DNA of 43,586 nucleotides from a virus (lineage: Duplodnaviria > Caudoviricetes). Below, one piece after another: positions 1 to 10,014 of the stretch (its first letter is position 1; every line of letters begins with the position of its first letter). Made by a program: the position numbers and the translations under genes. The stretch spans positions 1-43,586 of IMG/VR virus record IMGVR_UViG_3300032373_001208, one strand, 5' to 3'. The notes beneath the pieces were generated by a model. It worked only from the letters and a program-made list of their open reading frames with translations, was not told the DNA's origin and made no database searches.

Positions 1-1734
<1,734 letters not shown>

Positions 1735-1777
1735 TTACATCTATTAAATCATCAAACAATGCCATGATATTAATTGC

Positions 1778-1805
1778 TTGACGCGTCACATTTCAGCGCT
1801 AAAGT
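1778..1805 (+). promoter_or_regulatory. sigma70-type promoter of tRNA-Gly
   Basis: TTGACG-16bp-TAAAGT followed by a GC-rich discriminator, 14 nt before the tRNA. Confidence 0.55.
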
Positions 1806-1819
1806 TCGCCGCGTTCATT

Positions 1820-1895
1820 GCGGGTATAGCTCATTTGGTAGAGCGCGACCTTGCCAAGGTCGAGGTAACCGGTTCGAGCCCGGTTACCCGCTCCA
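1820..1895 (+). tRNA. tRNA-Gly(GCC)
   Basis: GCGGGTA/TACCCGC acceptor stem, anticodon arm GACCTTGCCAAGGTC, GGTTCGAGCC T-arm, encoded CCA; 76 nt. Confidence 0.97.
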
Positions 1896-1900
1896 AACAC

Positions 1901-1945
1901 AAAAGGGAGTCTTGTTGGTCTCACGACTCAGGCTCCCTTTTTTTT
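1901..1945 (+). terminator. intrinsic terminator-like hairpin after tRNA-Gly
   Basis: GGGAGTCT...AGGCTCCC stem followed by T8. Confidence 0.55.
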
Positions 1946-2002
1946 ATTCTAAATATAGAATAAATTTTGAACAACTAGTATTGTATTGTAGTATGCAGGC
2001 AT

Positions 2003-2077
2003 GGCAGGGTGGCTCAGTGGTACGGCGGGGGATTGCAAATCCCTTATTCGCGAGTTCGATTCTCGCCCCTGCCTCCA
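2003..2077 (+). tRNA. tRNA-Cys(GCA)
   Basis: GGCAGGG/CCCTGCC acceptor stem, anticodon arm GGGATTGCAAATCCC, GTTCGATT T-loop, encoded CCA. Confidence 0.95.
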
Positions 2078-2115
2078 ATTTCAACCTTAGAGTAACTCTT
2101 AGGTTGGCAGTGCAT

Positions 2116-2202
2116 GCCGGGATGGCGGAACTGGTAGACGCAAGGGACTTAAAATCCCTCGAAAGCAATTTCGTGCGGGTTCGACTCCCGCTCCCGGTAC
2201 CA
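2116..2202 (+). tRNA. tRNA-Leu(TAA), prophage integration target
   Basis: GCCGGGA/TCCCGGT acceptor stem, anticodon arm GGGACTTAAAATCCC, long variable arm, encoded CCA; 87 nt. Confidence 0.96.
2176..2202 (+). repeat. attL core (27 bp)
   Basis: CGGGTTCGACTCCCGCTCCCGGTACCA, identical to 42957..42983; equals the 3' end of tRNA-Leu. Confidence 0.95.
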
Positions 2203-2205
2203 TTA

Positions 2206-2233
2206 CAAGCCCTTGATATTCAAGGGCTTTTTT
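2206..2233 (+). terminator. phage-supplied hairpin/terminator after tRNA-Leu, overlapping an IHF-consensus site
   Basis: AAGCCCTTGA-TAT-TCAAGGGCTT plus T-run; minus strand 2218..2206 reads TATCAAGGGCTTG = WATCAANNNNTTR. Confidence 0.65.
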
Positions 2234-2250
2234 GTTTATGGTGGGTGTAC

Positions 2251-2305
2251 CAGTGCCCAGATAGTGACTATTCATAGAAAAACCCCGTGGCCACACAGTG
2301 ACCAA
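2251..2305 (+). promoter_or_regulatory. integrase arm-type binding sites (left)
   Basis: CAGTGCCCAGATAGTGACTA (2251-2270) and CCGTGGCCACACAGTGACCAA (2285-2305) resemble CAGTGCCCAAACAGTGACCAA at 42819-42839. Confidence 0.7.
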
Positions 2306-3441
2306 GCTTCTTTTATTTTCTCACCAGCGTGCGGATACATGTCTGGCATCCATCGCGCATATTTTTTATAAAGCACACTTGGGTCGGTATGCCCAAGTTG
2401 CCGCGCCAGCCATACTGGGTGTTCGCCTGCTGAAAGCATCATCGATGCATAAGTGTGACGCGTCTGATATGGCTCTCTGTATGAAATATTGTGAGACTTT
2501 TCCAGCGCTTTCATGATTGGATTCCAATATTTCCAAACCGCACCATCACCAGACCATGGCTTATTGGTGTGTGGGTTGTGAAATACCCTGTCTGCATTTT
2601 CATAGGTGTATTCTTTTTGTGCTTCTAGCGCCTGAAGCGCTGGCTTGAATAAGTCCACACTACGCACACCAGCTGCCGTTTTTGGCGTTGTGATCACACC
2701 ATTGGTAAAGTTGCGGCGCACATGCACCCCCCCTTTTGCCCAATCTATATCCGTCCAACGTAAAGCAATAAGCTCACCCGTGCGCAGCCCTGTGAAAATA
2801 GCAAATTGCAAATAATTGCGCAGCTGATCAGGGAAGCTTGCCAAAATCGTGCGCTGCTCTTGAGTTGAAAAGGGTAATGGTTCGCGGGTGATGATGGGTA
2901 GATTGCTGATAATATCCATAGGGTTTACGGGGATAAGCTCATGCTCATAAGCTTCCTTAATCATGCCGCGCAATGGGATAAGGATATTATTCACTCTTTT
3001 ATTGCCACATGTTTGGCTGCGAATAAATTCGCGCACCTTCTGTACATTCAAATCCACCAGGCGCACATCTTTAAAAAATGGAACCAACTGCCCTTCTATG
3101 GCCTGCAAGTTTGTTTTTGCTGTGGACACCTTCCAAGCGCGCTCATTGTTTGCACCATCTTTAGGGGCCTTTGATACATAATAATCCATCAAAGCTTTTT
3201 CCACGGTTGTATTACCAGCCTTGGCATTGCCAAACAAGTTTGCAGATCGGGTATTGCTATCTGGGAAATAGTCTCTGAACACAAAATGACCAAGGCCAAT
3301 ATCATATGCAATTTTAGCATCCATGCCCTCGGCATGTTTCATGTTCTTTTTGGTTGGTGGCAGATTTAAAGTCTCTCTGCAGCGTACCCCTTTATAATAA
3401 AACTGAATCTGAATTTTATCACCACGCGCTTTCACACTCAT
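2272..3441 (-). CDS. int: phage tyrosine integrase with N-terminal arm-binding domain
   Basis: IQIQFYYKGVRCRETL arm-binding N-terminus; TGLRTGEL, PKT, YQTRHTYAS, LGH and Y catalytic motifs; next to attL. Confidence 0.95.
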   Translation of the reverse strand: MSVKARGDKIQIQFYYKGVRCRETLNLPPTKKNMKHAEGMDAKIAYDIGLGHFVFRDYFPDSNTRSANLFGNAKAGNTTVEKALMDYYVSKAPKDGANNERAWKVSTAKTNLQAIEGQLVPFFKDVRLVDLNVQKVREFIRSQTCGNKRVNNILIPLRGMIKEAYEHELIPVNPMDIISNLPIITREPLPFSTQEQRTILASFPDQLRNYLQFAIFTGLRTGELIALRWTDIDWAKGGVHVRRNFTNGVITTPKTAAGVRSVDLFKPALQALEAQKEYTYENADRVFHNPHTNKPWSGDGAVWKYWNPIMKALEKSHNISYREPYQTRHTYASMMLSAGEHPVWLARQLGHTDPSVLYKKYARWMPDMYPHAGEKIKEAWSLCGHGVFL

Positions 3442-3632
3442 GACGGGCCCCCTTCAATCCAACGCTCAATGGCAGGCACACAATAGTAAATGGTGTTTTC
3501 ATCTGGTGGTTGTCTCCAATGAATATTCTGCAACCACTTGCCCTGCACACGCTTGGCATTGATTGCCGCCACTGTAAGCCCGGTCATTTCTGCCAGCTTA
3601 GATGCAACCACGTATTTGGCTGCTTTGATCAT
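3438..3632 (-). CDS. xis: excisionase / recombination directionality factor
   Basis: small basic wHTH-like protein (GKWLQNIHW...IYYCVPAIERWIEG); ATGA overlap with int start; GGAGG RBS before ATG 3632. Confidence 0.75.
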   Translation of the reverse strand: MIKAAKYVVASKLAEMTGLTVAAINAKRVQGKWLQNIHWRQPPDENTIYYCVPAIERWIEGGPS

Positions 3633-3730
3633 ACTGCCAACCTCCCCTGCGACTGGAATCTGCACATCGTTTGTTCATCCATATGGCTTCAATACTCTTT
3701 TTACCAATATCAAACAGAGGCTGTGAATCA

Positions 3731-3886
3731 TCACACATCATTGAACACCCACTCGTCATCCACTTTAGTATAGTTGTGAGCCGCCATTATTTCATCCAAC
3801 TGACCAAAGCTTATATCGAACATTACACACACATCCTGGTCACTTGCGCCACTTTCTATTTCCATTACTACATAGGCTTCATTCAT
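3731..3886 (-). CDS. hypothetical protein (51 aa, not in ORF track)
   Basis: manual translation MNEAYVVMEIESGASDQDVCVMFDISFGQLDEIMAAHNYTKVDDEWVFNDV; GGAG RBS; co-oriented with the operon. Confidence 0.5.
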   Translation of the reverse strand: MNEAYVVMEIESGASDQDVCVMFDISFGQLDEIMAAHNYTKVDDEWVFNDV

Positions 3887-3967
3887 AAACTTCTCCCATC
3901 GTTACATTATCTAATTTAGCTAATTTTTCACCAGTGATTTCCTCAGCAACTGATATTGTTTTATCAC

Positions 3968-4234
3968 TCATGCCGCTACCCCTGCTTGGAAAGTTTCTAG
4001 GCCCCAAAACTTGGGGGCTTCGATGCGTTTTTTTGGTTCTTTTGCCATGCGTTTGGCTTGCTCGGCTTCTTTGATTTGTTTGCGTATAGCGCGAATGCCT
4101 GACCATACCACTGGCACGGTCACCCCGTATTTTTTAGCAATGCGTTGCGGGCTAAATCCCTTGTTGTGCATGCGCATATATGCCAAGCGTCGCTGTCTAA
4201 TTTCTTGAAGTTCCTTTTTTGACCATCTAGCCAT
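3968..4234 (-). CDS. putative HTH DNA-binding protein
   Basis: GFSPQRIAKKYGVTVPVVWSGI helix-turn-helix pattern; basic. Confidence 0.6.
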   Translation of the reverse strand: MARWSKKELQEIRQRRLAYMRMHNKGFSPQRIAKKYGVTVPVVWSGIRAIRKQIKEAEQAKRMAKEPKKRIEAPKFWGLETFQAGVAA

Positions 4235-4421
4235 GATTGCCTCCTACATTGTGTTGCTGTGTTGCTGTTTCAAACCAATGGCGGGTGATGAATCCACCGC
4301 CCAAAAGTAATAAACCGTAATAAATGATTGCCGATGCTTTCCACACCAAAAACGCACACGCCACCACGAATAAGCCAAGCAAGGCCACCGCGTGGGTGAT
4401 GTTGTTCCAGTGGGTTTTCAT
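4227..4421 (-). CDS. small membrane protein
   Basis: two hydrophobic segments; start MKTHW at 4421 overlaps the methyltransferase stop (ATGA). Confidence 0.55.
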   Translation of the reverse strand: MKTHWNNITHAVALLGLFVVACAFLVWKASAIIYYGLLLLGGGFITRHWFETATQQHNVGGNHG

Positions 4422-5911
4422 GCAGCTGCTTCCATCGGCTCTGTGACCAATTGGCTCACATAGTTTGCCGACACCAAAGCCTTGGCGAAATGCGGAGGCA
4501 CTGAGTTGCCACACATGCGAACCTGCGCTGTCTTGGTCAGTTTTAGGCCCTGTTCTGCATCATCACCAATGATGTAATTGTCATCAAATCCTTGGGCGGT
4601 GAATAGCTCTCGTGGTTGCATCATGCGCATGCCAATATCAACAATGGCGTACTCAACACCTTCAACGATGACCAAACCAAATCGCTCTTTGGTGGTTATA
4701 GTGTGCAAAGGTTCATCCACGAGCTGAGCGCCATCTGTGCCGTAATACTTAATAAGAAAAGCCCTTACCTCGGCATGGTGTGAACCACTCGATGTGATGG
4801 TTCTCAAAGGCTCATCAACGCCTTGACCAATCGCATTGTTTCGCAAGGTAACCAAATTAGTCGTTACCAAACTATTATGATCCACAGATGTGACCGTGTG
4901 CAGCGGGTCGCTCACTGGTGAACCAACAACACCTGTATAATGTTTAGCTATCAAAGCTGATACTAAAGCGAAATGACCACCCTTAACTTGAGCGCATTGT
5001 GTGCGCAGTGGTGAGTTTGCATCCATATTGCGTTGGTTTGAAGCGTTGGCATGCTCAGTGATAAAAGGAACTATTGAAGAGACAATAAAAGGCTTTTCAC
5101 AATCAATCACATACCGCTGAATTCCTTTTGCAATCCTGCGCAACGTGTTTTCTGCTAGTGGTTTCTTACGCTCAAAAATTGAAGGGCATGGGAGGCTAAA
5201 ATCAATGCAATCGGCTGCTGTTTTCCATGGCAATAGCTTGCCTGATTTCACTGCATCGCCTTTAGGGTCACCATGAGTTACTTCTGGCCATACAATCGGC
5301 AAGCCATCACACCTAGCAATTAGAAACAAGCGCTTACGAATTGTTGGTGCACCATAATCACAGGCACGAAGCTCACGGTGTTCAACAACATAACCAAGGC
5401 GCTCTAATGCTCTACAGAATGACTTAAAAGTGTGTCCTTTTCGTGTCGGGTTGGGAATAAAATTACCCTTGCCATCAGAAACCAATGGGCCCCATGTTAC
5501 AAACTCTCCAACATTTTCAAGCGTGATCAGGCGCGCCTTTGTAACTGCCGCCCAGCGAACACCAACCCAAGCCAAACCACGGATATTCTTTTCTACTGGT
5601 TTGCCACCCTTCGCTTTACTGAAGTGTTTGCAGTCTGGTGAAAGATGAACAGCGCCCACCGGACGACCTCGGGTAACTTCTCTTGGGTTTACATCCCAAA
5701 CAGACTCACACAAGTGCATAGTGTGCGGGTGATTAATGGCATGCATTGCCAAGGCTTCTGCATCATGGTTAATTGCCACATCAACATGTTTCCCTGTTGC
5801 CTGGTAGAATCCTTCTGACCAACCGCCGCCGCCTGCAAAATTATCAATCGCCATTTCACCAAAGTTTATAGGCATCTGAGTTGGTTTATGGGTCACGTGA
5901 ATATTCTTCAT
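4418..5911 (-). CDS. phage DNA (cytosine-5) methyltransferase
   Basis: motif I DNFAGGGG, IV SPDC, VI LENV, VIII PTIRKRLF, X MCGNSVPP; repeated PL(R/H)T(I/V)T units in the variable region. Confidence 0.92.
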   Translation of the reverse strand: MKNIHVTHKPTQMPINFGEMAIDNFAGGGGWSEGFYQATGKHVDVAINHDAEALAMHAINHPHTMHLCESVWDVNPREVTRGRPVGAVHLSPDCKHFSKAKGGKPVEKNIRGLAWVGVRWAAVTKARLITLENVGEFVTWGPLVSDGKGNFIPNPTRKGHTFKSFCRALERLGYVVEHRELRACDYGAPTIRKRLFLIARCDGLPIVWPEVTHGDPKGDAVKSGKLLPWKTAADCIDFSLPCPSIFERKKPLAENTLRRIAKGIQRYVIDCEKPFIVSSIVPFITEHANASNQRNMDANSPLRTQCAQVKGGHFALVSALIAKHYTGVVGSPVSDPLHTVTSVDHNSLVTTNLVTLRNNAIGQGVDEPLRTITSSGSHHAEVRAFLIKYYGTDGAQLVDEPLHTITTKERFGLVIVEGVEYAIVDIGMRMMQPRELFTAQGFDDNYIIGDDAEQGLKLTKTAQVRMCGNSVPPHFAKALVSANYVSQLVTEPMEAAA

Positions 5912-6144
5912 ATGAAGCTCACCAAAGCCCTAAAGTTTGTTGTTTTGATATGTATAAGCGTCGTCTTTTGTCTGCTGAGGATGTCGTTACTTCGACTACC
6001 CCCCCCCCTCACAAGTCTTGAGAGCGCATGGCGCACTGAGCCTATAGTTAGCCCCTGACGTTTGGCGATAAAGCTAGGCGAATATTTTCGATTAAAGCGC
6101 ATGCTGGTGAAAACCTTGGTCAATACGGAATTGTCGATGTTCAT
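5908..6144 (-). CDS. winged-helix DNA-binding protein, probably frameshifted at a G10 tract
   Basis: HTH SPSFIAKRQGLTIGSVRHALSRLVRGG; the alternative frame after the tract gives VVEVTTSSADKRRRLYISK (MarR-like wing). Confidence 0.6.
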   Translation of the reverse strand: MNIDNSVLTKVFTSMRFNRKYSPSFIAKRQGLTIGSVRHALSRLVRGGGSRSNDILSRQKTTLIHIKTTNFRALVSFI

Positions 6145-6500
6145 TCATTGCCTCCGATTGCTTGCGTGGCAAAGGTTTCGCTTTGTTGGATTTGCTCTGC
6201 CACTTCGTGGTCGCCGTAGTCGCCTGCGAATGCTGGGTCGCGGTATTTGTAGACTTGCCACAAATAAAAGGCATTGGTGGCAGTCATGAGGATGGCAGCA
6301 TAACCAGACCATGTTTGGGTGAGCGATGGGTAGTAGAAGATATTCCACAGCCCCCAGCTGGTGAAAAACAGGCTGGTGATGATAGACACGCCCATGATGC
6401 GCTTGGTGCGGTGCGCCTCTAAAATGGAAGGCAACACGGCAAACGCGCCAAACAACTCAAACAGCGCATTCATGATATCCATGTGATCAACCGCAAACAT
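6141..6500 (-). CDS. PQ-loop / SemiSWEET-like three-helix membrane protein
   Basis: LPSILEAHRTKRIMGVS pattern (LP-x-I...K...G-x-S) and three hydrophobic helices. Confidence 0.6.
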   Translation of the reverse strand: MFAVDHMDIMNALFELFGAFAVLPSILEAHRTKRIMGVSIITSLFFTSWGLWNIFYYPSLTQTWSGYAAILMTATNAFYLWQVYKYRDPAFAGDYGDHEVAEQIQQSETFATQAIGGNE

Positions 6501-7089
6501 CGAGGCTGCTCCATACGCGTAGAAATTCAGCTTTGGCTTGTTCTGGGAAAAATGCAGCGACTAGGTGGAACCACCCTGCCCCACCCTCAAATGCGCGGGT
6601 GTCTGGGATGCCCCATTTCTCGCCCTGTGATGGCATCAAAGCCTCGGCTTCAAGCTTGAGCGCGTGGTTGTCGGCTTCTTTGACCAAATCCAAATCAACC
6701 ATGCAAATATCAATGCCCAAGGCCATGCAGATATGCACCTGCCAGTTGGTTTCCAAATCTTTGTAGCCCTTCATTTCTTTGGCATATTTGAGGGGGCGCG
6801 TAATATCATGCACATATGCCTCAGCAGAATCATGCAGCAATGCCCATTTCAATGTTTCGGTGTTTGCATTGTGTAGGCGAACCAAGCGATACACCAAAAG
6901 CGAATGCTGGGCCACGGTATAAAGCTGGCGGCAATGCCCTGCAAAACGACAGCAATGGCTTAATGCGTGGGCGATGTCTTCAATGCACACATCGGCATGA
7001 TCAGGCTCAGTAGGATAAATGCGGCGGCCTGTGGTTGATTCAAACCATGTTGGCGTGTGTGTTTGTGGATACAAGGCGGTTTCAAGCAT
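6487..7089 (-). CDS. HD-domain phosphohydrolase (YfbR/YfdR-like 5'-deoxynucleotidase)
   Basis: IEDIAHALS..CRFAGH...YTVAQHS, ALLHDSAEAYVHDI and VKEAD motifs; GGAGG RBS before ATG 7089. Confidence 0.88.
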   Translation of the reverse strand: MLETALYPQTHTPTWFESTTGRRIYPTEPDHADVCIEDIAHALSHCCRFAGHCRQLYTVAQHSLLVYRLVRLHNANTETLKWALLHDSAEAYVHDITRPLKYAKEMKGYKDLETNWQVHICMALGIDICMVDLDLVKEADNHALKLEAEALMPSQGEKWGIPDTRAFEGGAGWFHLVAAFFPEQAKAEFLRVWSSLDVCG

Positions 7090-7291
7090 GGTTTGCCTCC
7101 CATGATGGTTGTTTGATGATGCGGTGTTTGTTGCAGTGGCAGCATGTTTGGTGATGGGTTGTTTTTTGCCCCACCTTGCCAGTTGACCAATCAAGGTATT
7201 CATGGACACCAAGCAAACACCCGATGCGGTTGAAGGCTGTGATAAGCAGAAAAATCAAAGCGCGAAGGAAGTTGACGATTGCGGGTTTCAT
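7082..7291 (-). CDS. hypothetical protein
   Basis: 69 aa; ATGA overlap with the upstream gene; CxxGxH...CCHC pattern. Confidence 0.5.
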   Translation of the reverse strand: MKPAIVNFLRALIFLLITAFNRIGCLLGVHEYLDWSTGKVGQKTTHHQTCCHCNKHRIIKQPSWEANHA

Positions 7292-7803
7292 GATTCCCCC
7301 TCAATTCCTTTTAACATCACACAGCCGCGCTCAAGTAGTTCGTAGAGTTGTTGGGCTGCTTCTTTGCGTTCGTTGCGTGAAAGGTCGGTCCCGTTGGGTG
7401 AGTCTGGGTCTGTGGCTTTGGCGATGACGCTCATCACATCACCAAACTCTTTGCCAAGCTTCACAGCTTCGCGGTTGATCGCTTCTGGCTGTGGTAAATC
7501 TTTGGGTTTGTTGAATACCAGCCGACCCAAGCCATGCTCGAGGTTGTCCAGTGATGCGGTGTCCATGCCAGCAAGCAAATTGCGCATCCAGTGTCTTAAA
7601 AAAGGCTCTGCCTCTTGGTTTGGATCAAGGCGTTTTTTAAAAGTAGTCTCGTCCGTTTCTGCGATTCTTGCGGCGTGGGCTGTGCCCATGGGTTTGATGG
7701 TTCTATCCCCTACCGTGTAACCGCCCGGATGGCTCACGACCGACTTGTGATATAGGTGGAACGAGTGCTCCACCACCGCGTCTGCCTGCATACTATTACA
7801 CAT
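7288..7803 (-). CDS. phage regulatory protein, CII/YmfL-like
   Basis: HTH-like N-part, then KEFGDVMSVIAKATDPDS..G..LSRNERK typical of this family; downstream of cro. Confidence 0.6.
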   Translation of the reverse strand: MCNSMQADAVVEHSFHLYHKSVVSHPGGYTVGDRTIKPMGTAHAARIAETDETTFKKRLDPNQEAEPFLRHWMRNLLAGMDTASLDNLEHGLGRLVFNKPKDLPQPEAINREAVKLGKEFGDVMSVIAKATDPDSPNGTDLSRNERKEAAQQLYELLERGCVMLKGIEGES

Positions 7804-8413
7804 GGGAAGCTTCTTCCTCTTTCTTGGCGTTGACCTCTTTTACATGTGTGTTCCACTCATCAAAGGCTTTTTGGACTTCCCACTCTTTGACCTCTTCCAT
7901 ATGGGCAGTTGGCTTCCACAGCAGTGAATCCATATTCGAGCATCCTGTGTCAGGGTCATTCACATATTCCGCGAGCTTCTCAGGGTCTTCGTCATACCAA
8001 GGCACCCCAACAAATGCGACGATAGGCGATGATGGTATGATGTTTAATGTTGGCTGGCACAAATACCTGCCTGTTATGATGGTATGACCTTTAAGCCCAA
8101 CTAGTGATAAGTGGTCATCTTCATTTGAAGTAACGACAGCCTTAAGTTTGAGATGAAGCGCCTTTCCTTCTTTGGTTGTTTGTTTTGGGTACCATCCATC
8201 CCAAGCCTTTTTAAAAACTTTTCTGTCGGGGACGGTTGCAAACTGAATTGCAACCAGTTTTTTATTCCTTTGATAATACCCTTGCCCATTATTAACATCT
8301 TTCAGGATATTTCGATATTCTTGCTCAGCAGCCTTGTTTGTTTCACGGCTTGCTTTGATGGCATCAATTAATGGACCATCTGTTACCTTGAAATAACGTG
8401 TATATTTATTCAT
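7796..8413 (-). CDS. hypothetical early phage protein
   Basis: 205 aa; GAGGAGG RBS before MNKYTRY; C-terminal EVKEWEVQKAFDEWN resembles lambdoid Eac-like early proteins (tentative). Confidence 0.6.
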   Translation of the reverse strand: MNKYTRYFKVTDGPLIDAIKASRETNKAAEQEYRNILKDVNNGQGYYQRNKKLVAIQFATVPDRKVFKKAWDGWYPKQTTKEGKALHLKLKAVVTSNEDDHLSLVGLKGHTIITGRYLCQPTLNIIPSSPIVAFVGVPWYDEDPEKLAEYVNDPDTGCSNMDSLLWKPTAHMEEVKEWEVQKAFDEWNTHVKEVNAKKEEEASHV

Positions 8414-9206
8414 GGGAAATTGCCTCCTCATTACCCATTGCGGTGGGTAAACCGTTTTCGTTAGCGTTTGCTGCATGTTGCTTTTGATTCTCTTCTTCCA
8501 GCCATTGGGCAAACAGGTCATCGTTGATGCTGTTGCTCAAAATGGAGGTGATGGTGGATGTCGCCCAAATCTTGCGGCCATTGCGCGTTTTGAAGGGGCT
8601 GTCGCTCATTTTGTTGGCAATGGCAGTGGGCCCAAGCCCATCTTGCTTGCAGCCCCAAATCAGGCGCAAACCTTTTTGCTCAATAGCGTGTGGCAAACAC
8701 TGTTTGTTGACATATTTCCAGCCATAAGGCGCATAAAAACTATGCTGTTGTCCGTTTTCTTTCTTATGCGCAAGCACTGTTTTGGTGCGCTCACCAGTGC
8801 GCATGCGTTCACATTCGGCATCGATAAGGTCATAAGCAAAAATGCGGCGGCCACGTGCAGTGCTCACATCAGCATTGGTGCCACCCATTTCAATAAAGAA
8901 CATGCTCACACCAAGCTTTTCAAATTCATCAGCTGTTTGCAGCCCTTCGATGGTGTTGCGAAACATGCGGTCGATTTTACAGGTCACAAAAGCTTCAACC
9001 TCGCCATTTCTGCACATATCAATCAGCGCAACCATAGCTGGGCGGCTCTTGATGGCCTTGGCGCTGCTGGCATCTTCAAGAAAATCCACCAACTCAAGAT
9101 CATACATAGCGCAATAACGCTCAATCATATCCTTCTGGGCTTCAATGGAGCCGCCAAACTGCTCTTGTTTGCTGGTGCTCACCCGCACATATCCGATGGT
9201 TTTCAT
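8406..9206 (-). CDS. serine recombinase (resolvase catalytic domain plus recombinase DNA-binding domain)
   Basis: IGYVRVSTSKQ catalytic serine motif, KIDRMFRN, APYGW and TRNGRKIWATSTITSILSN. Confidence 0.92.
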   Translation of the reverse strand: MKTIGYVRVSTSKQEQFGGSIEAQKDMIERYCAMYDLELVDFLEDASSAKAIKSRPAMVALIDMCRNGEVEAFVTCKIDRMFRNTIEGLQTADEFEKLGVSMFFIEMGGTNADVSTARGRRIFAYDLIDAECERMRTGERTKTVLAHKKENGQQHSFYAPYGWKYVNKQCLPHAIEQKGLRLIWGCKQDGLGPTAIANKMSDSPFKTRNGRKIWATSTITSILSNSINDDLFAQWLEEENQKQHAANANENGLPTAMGNEEAISHE

Positions 9207-9928
9207 TGCACCACCGTAAAATTGGTGCCAGTGATACCTATTTTACGTTGAATATGGTCCAAGCCTTTACCAGTGATGAGCGTTTTGGTGCTCAAACGTG
9301 TTTTTTGCTCACGGGAATCAAACCAAGGTGTTTCAACAACACGAAAGTAGCCAGCATCGATATATTTTTGATAAGGCATCGTGCTGCTCATCATGATAGC
9401 ACCGATTTCACGCAAAAAGCGTGTAAGGCGGTTGCGGCCTGTGCCAATCACTTTCGCCGCCTGTTCAAGGGTATGACAATTTGCAGCAGAGGTCACCGCA
9501 TCATGAAAAGCCACCTTGGGCGCGTCTTGGTTCACCTTGTCTACCAAAGCGATGCGTTGTTCTTCAATCTCAGCCGCAAAGCGCAAGGCATCACCCAAGG
9601 TCTTGGGGATATTATAATCCGTAAGCGCAGCTTCCCGCTCCAAATCTTGCCAGCGGTTCACAATCTTGGAGCGGATGGCAACCATATAACCCGATACCAA
9701 AATCATGGTGGCAGGATAAGTGAGCTCAAAAGCGACAGAATCTCGACCGTAGCTATCTTTGCGAGAGGATTCAGCAAACCCACTCACATCTTCACCAGCG
9801 GCATCCAAATCATCGATGATTTTGCGAATATCACGAATAACATGGTCATGACGCTTGGTTGTAAGTTCGGCAACTTCCATGCTACTCATGGTTTGGTTGC
9901 CGTTGCTAGGCTGCATAAAGTTTTTCAT
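9203..9928 (-). CDS. phage antirepressor, Rha N-terminal plus KilAC (ANT) C-terminal domains
   Basis: MSSMEVAELTTKRHDHVIRDI (Rha) and PKVAFHDAV...AAKVIG.GRNRL...PYQKYIDAGYF...TLITGKG (KilAC). Confidence 0.88.
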   Translation of the reverse strand: MKNFMQPSNGNQTMSSMEVAELTTKRHDHVIRDIRKIIDDLDAAGEDVSGFAESSRKDSYGRDSVAFELTYPATMILVSGYMVAIRSKIVNRWQDLEREAALTDYNIPKTLGDALRFAAEIEEQRIALVDKVNQDAPKVAFHDAVTSAANCHTLEQAAKVIGTGRNRLTRFLREIGAIMMSSTMPYQKYIDAGYFRVVETPWFDSREQKTRLSTKTLITGKGLDHIQRKIGITGTNFTVVQ

Positions 9929-9960
9929 ATCATCATTCTCTCTTGTGGTTTCTTAGTGTT

Positions 9961-9992
9961 TAGAGTTCTCCCCAAAGTTGGGGAGAACTCTA
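9961..9992. repeat. perfect 15-bp inverted repeat with 2-nt spacer
   Basis: TAGAGTTCTCCCCAA-AG-TTGGGGAGAACTCTA. Confidence 0.9.
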
Positions 9993-10014
9993 TCTTGGTG
10001 TTTGCTGAAGCTGT

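Noticed and set aside
1774-2277. 167-aa plus-strand ORF and other short ORFs over the tRNA cluster
   Set aside because: They overlap three clear tRNA genes and have no protein features.
9961-9992. Palindrome as a protelomerase (telRL) site
   Set aside because: No protelomerase-like gene recognised, and the element is integrated via att repeats.
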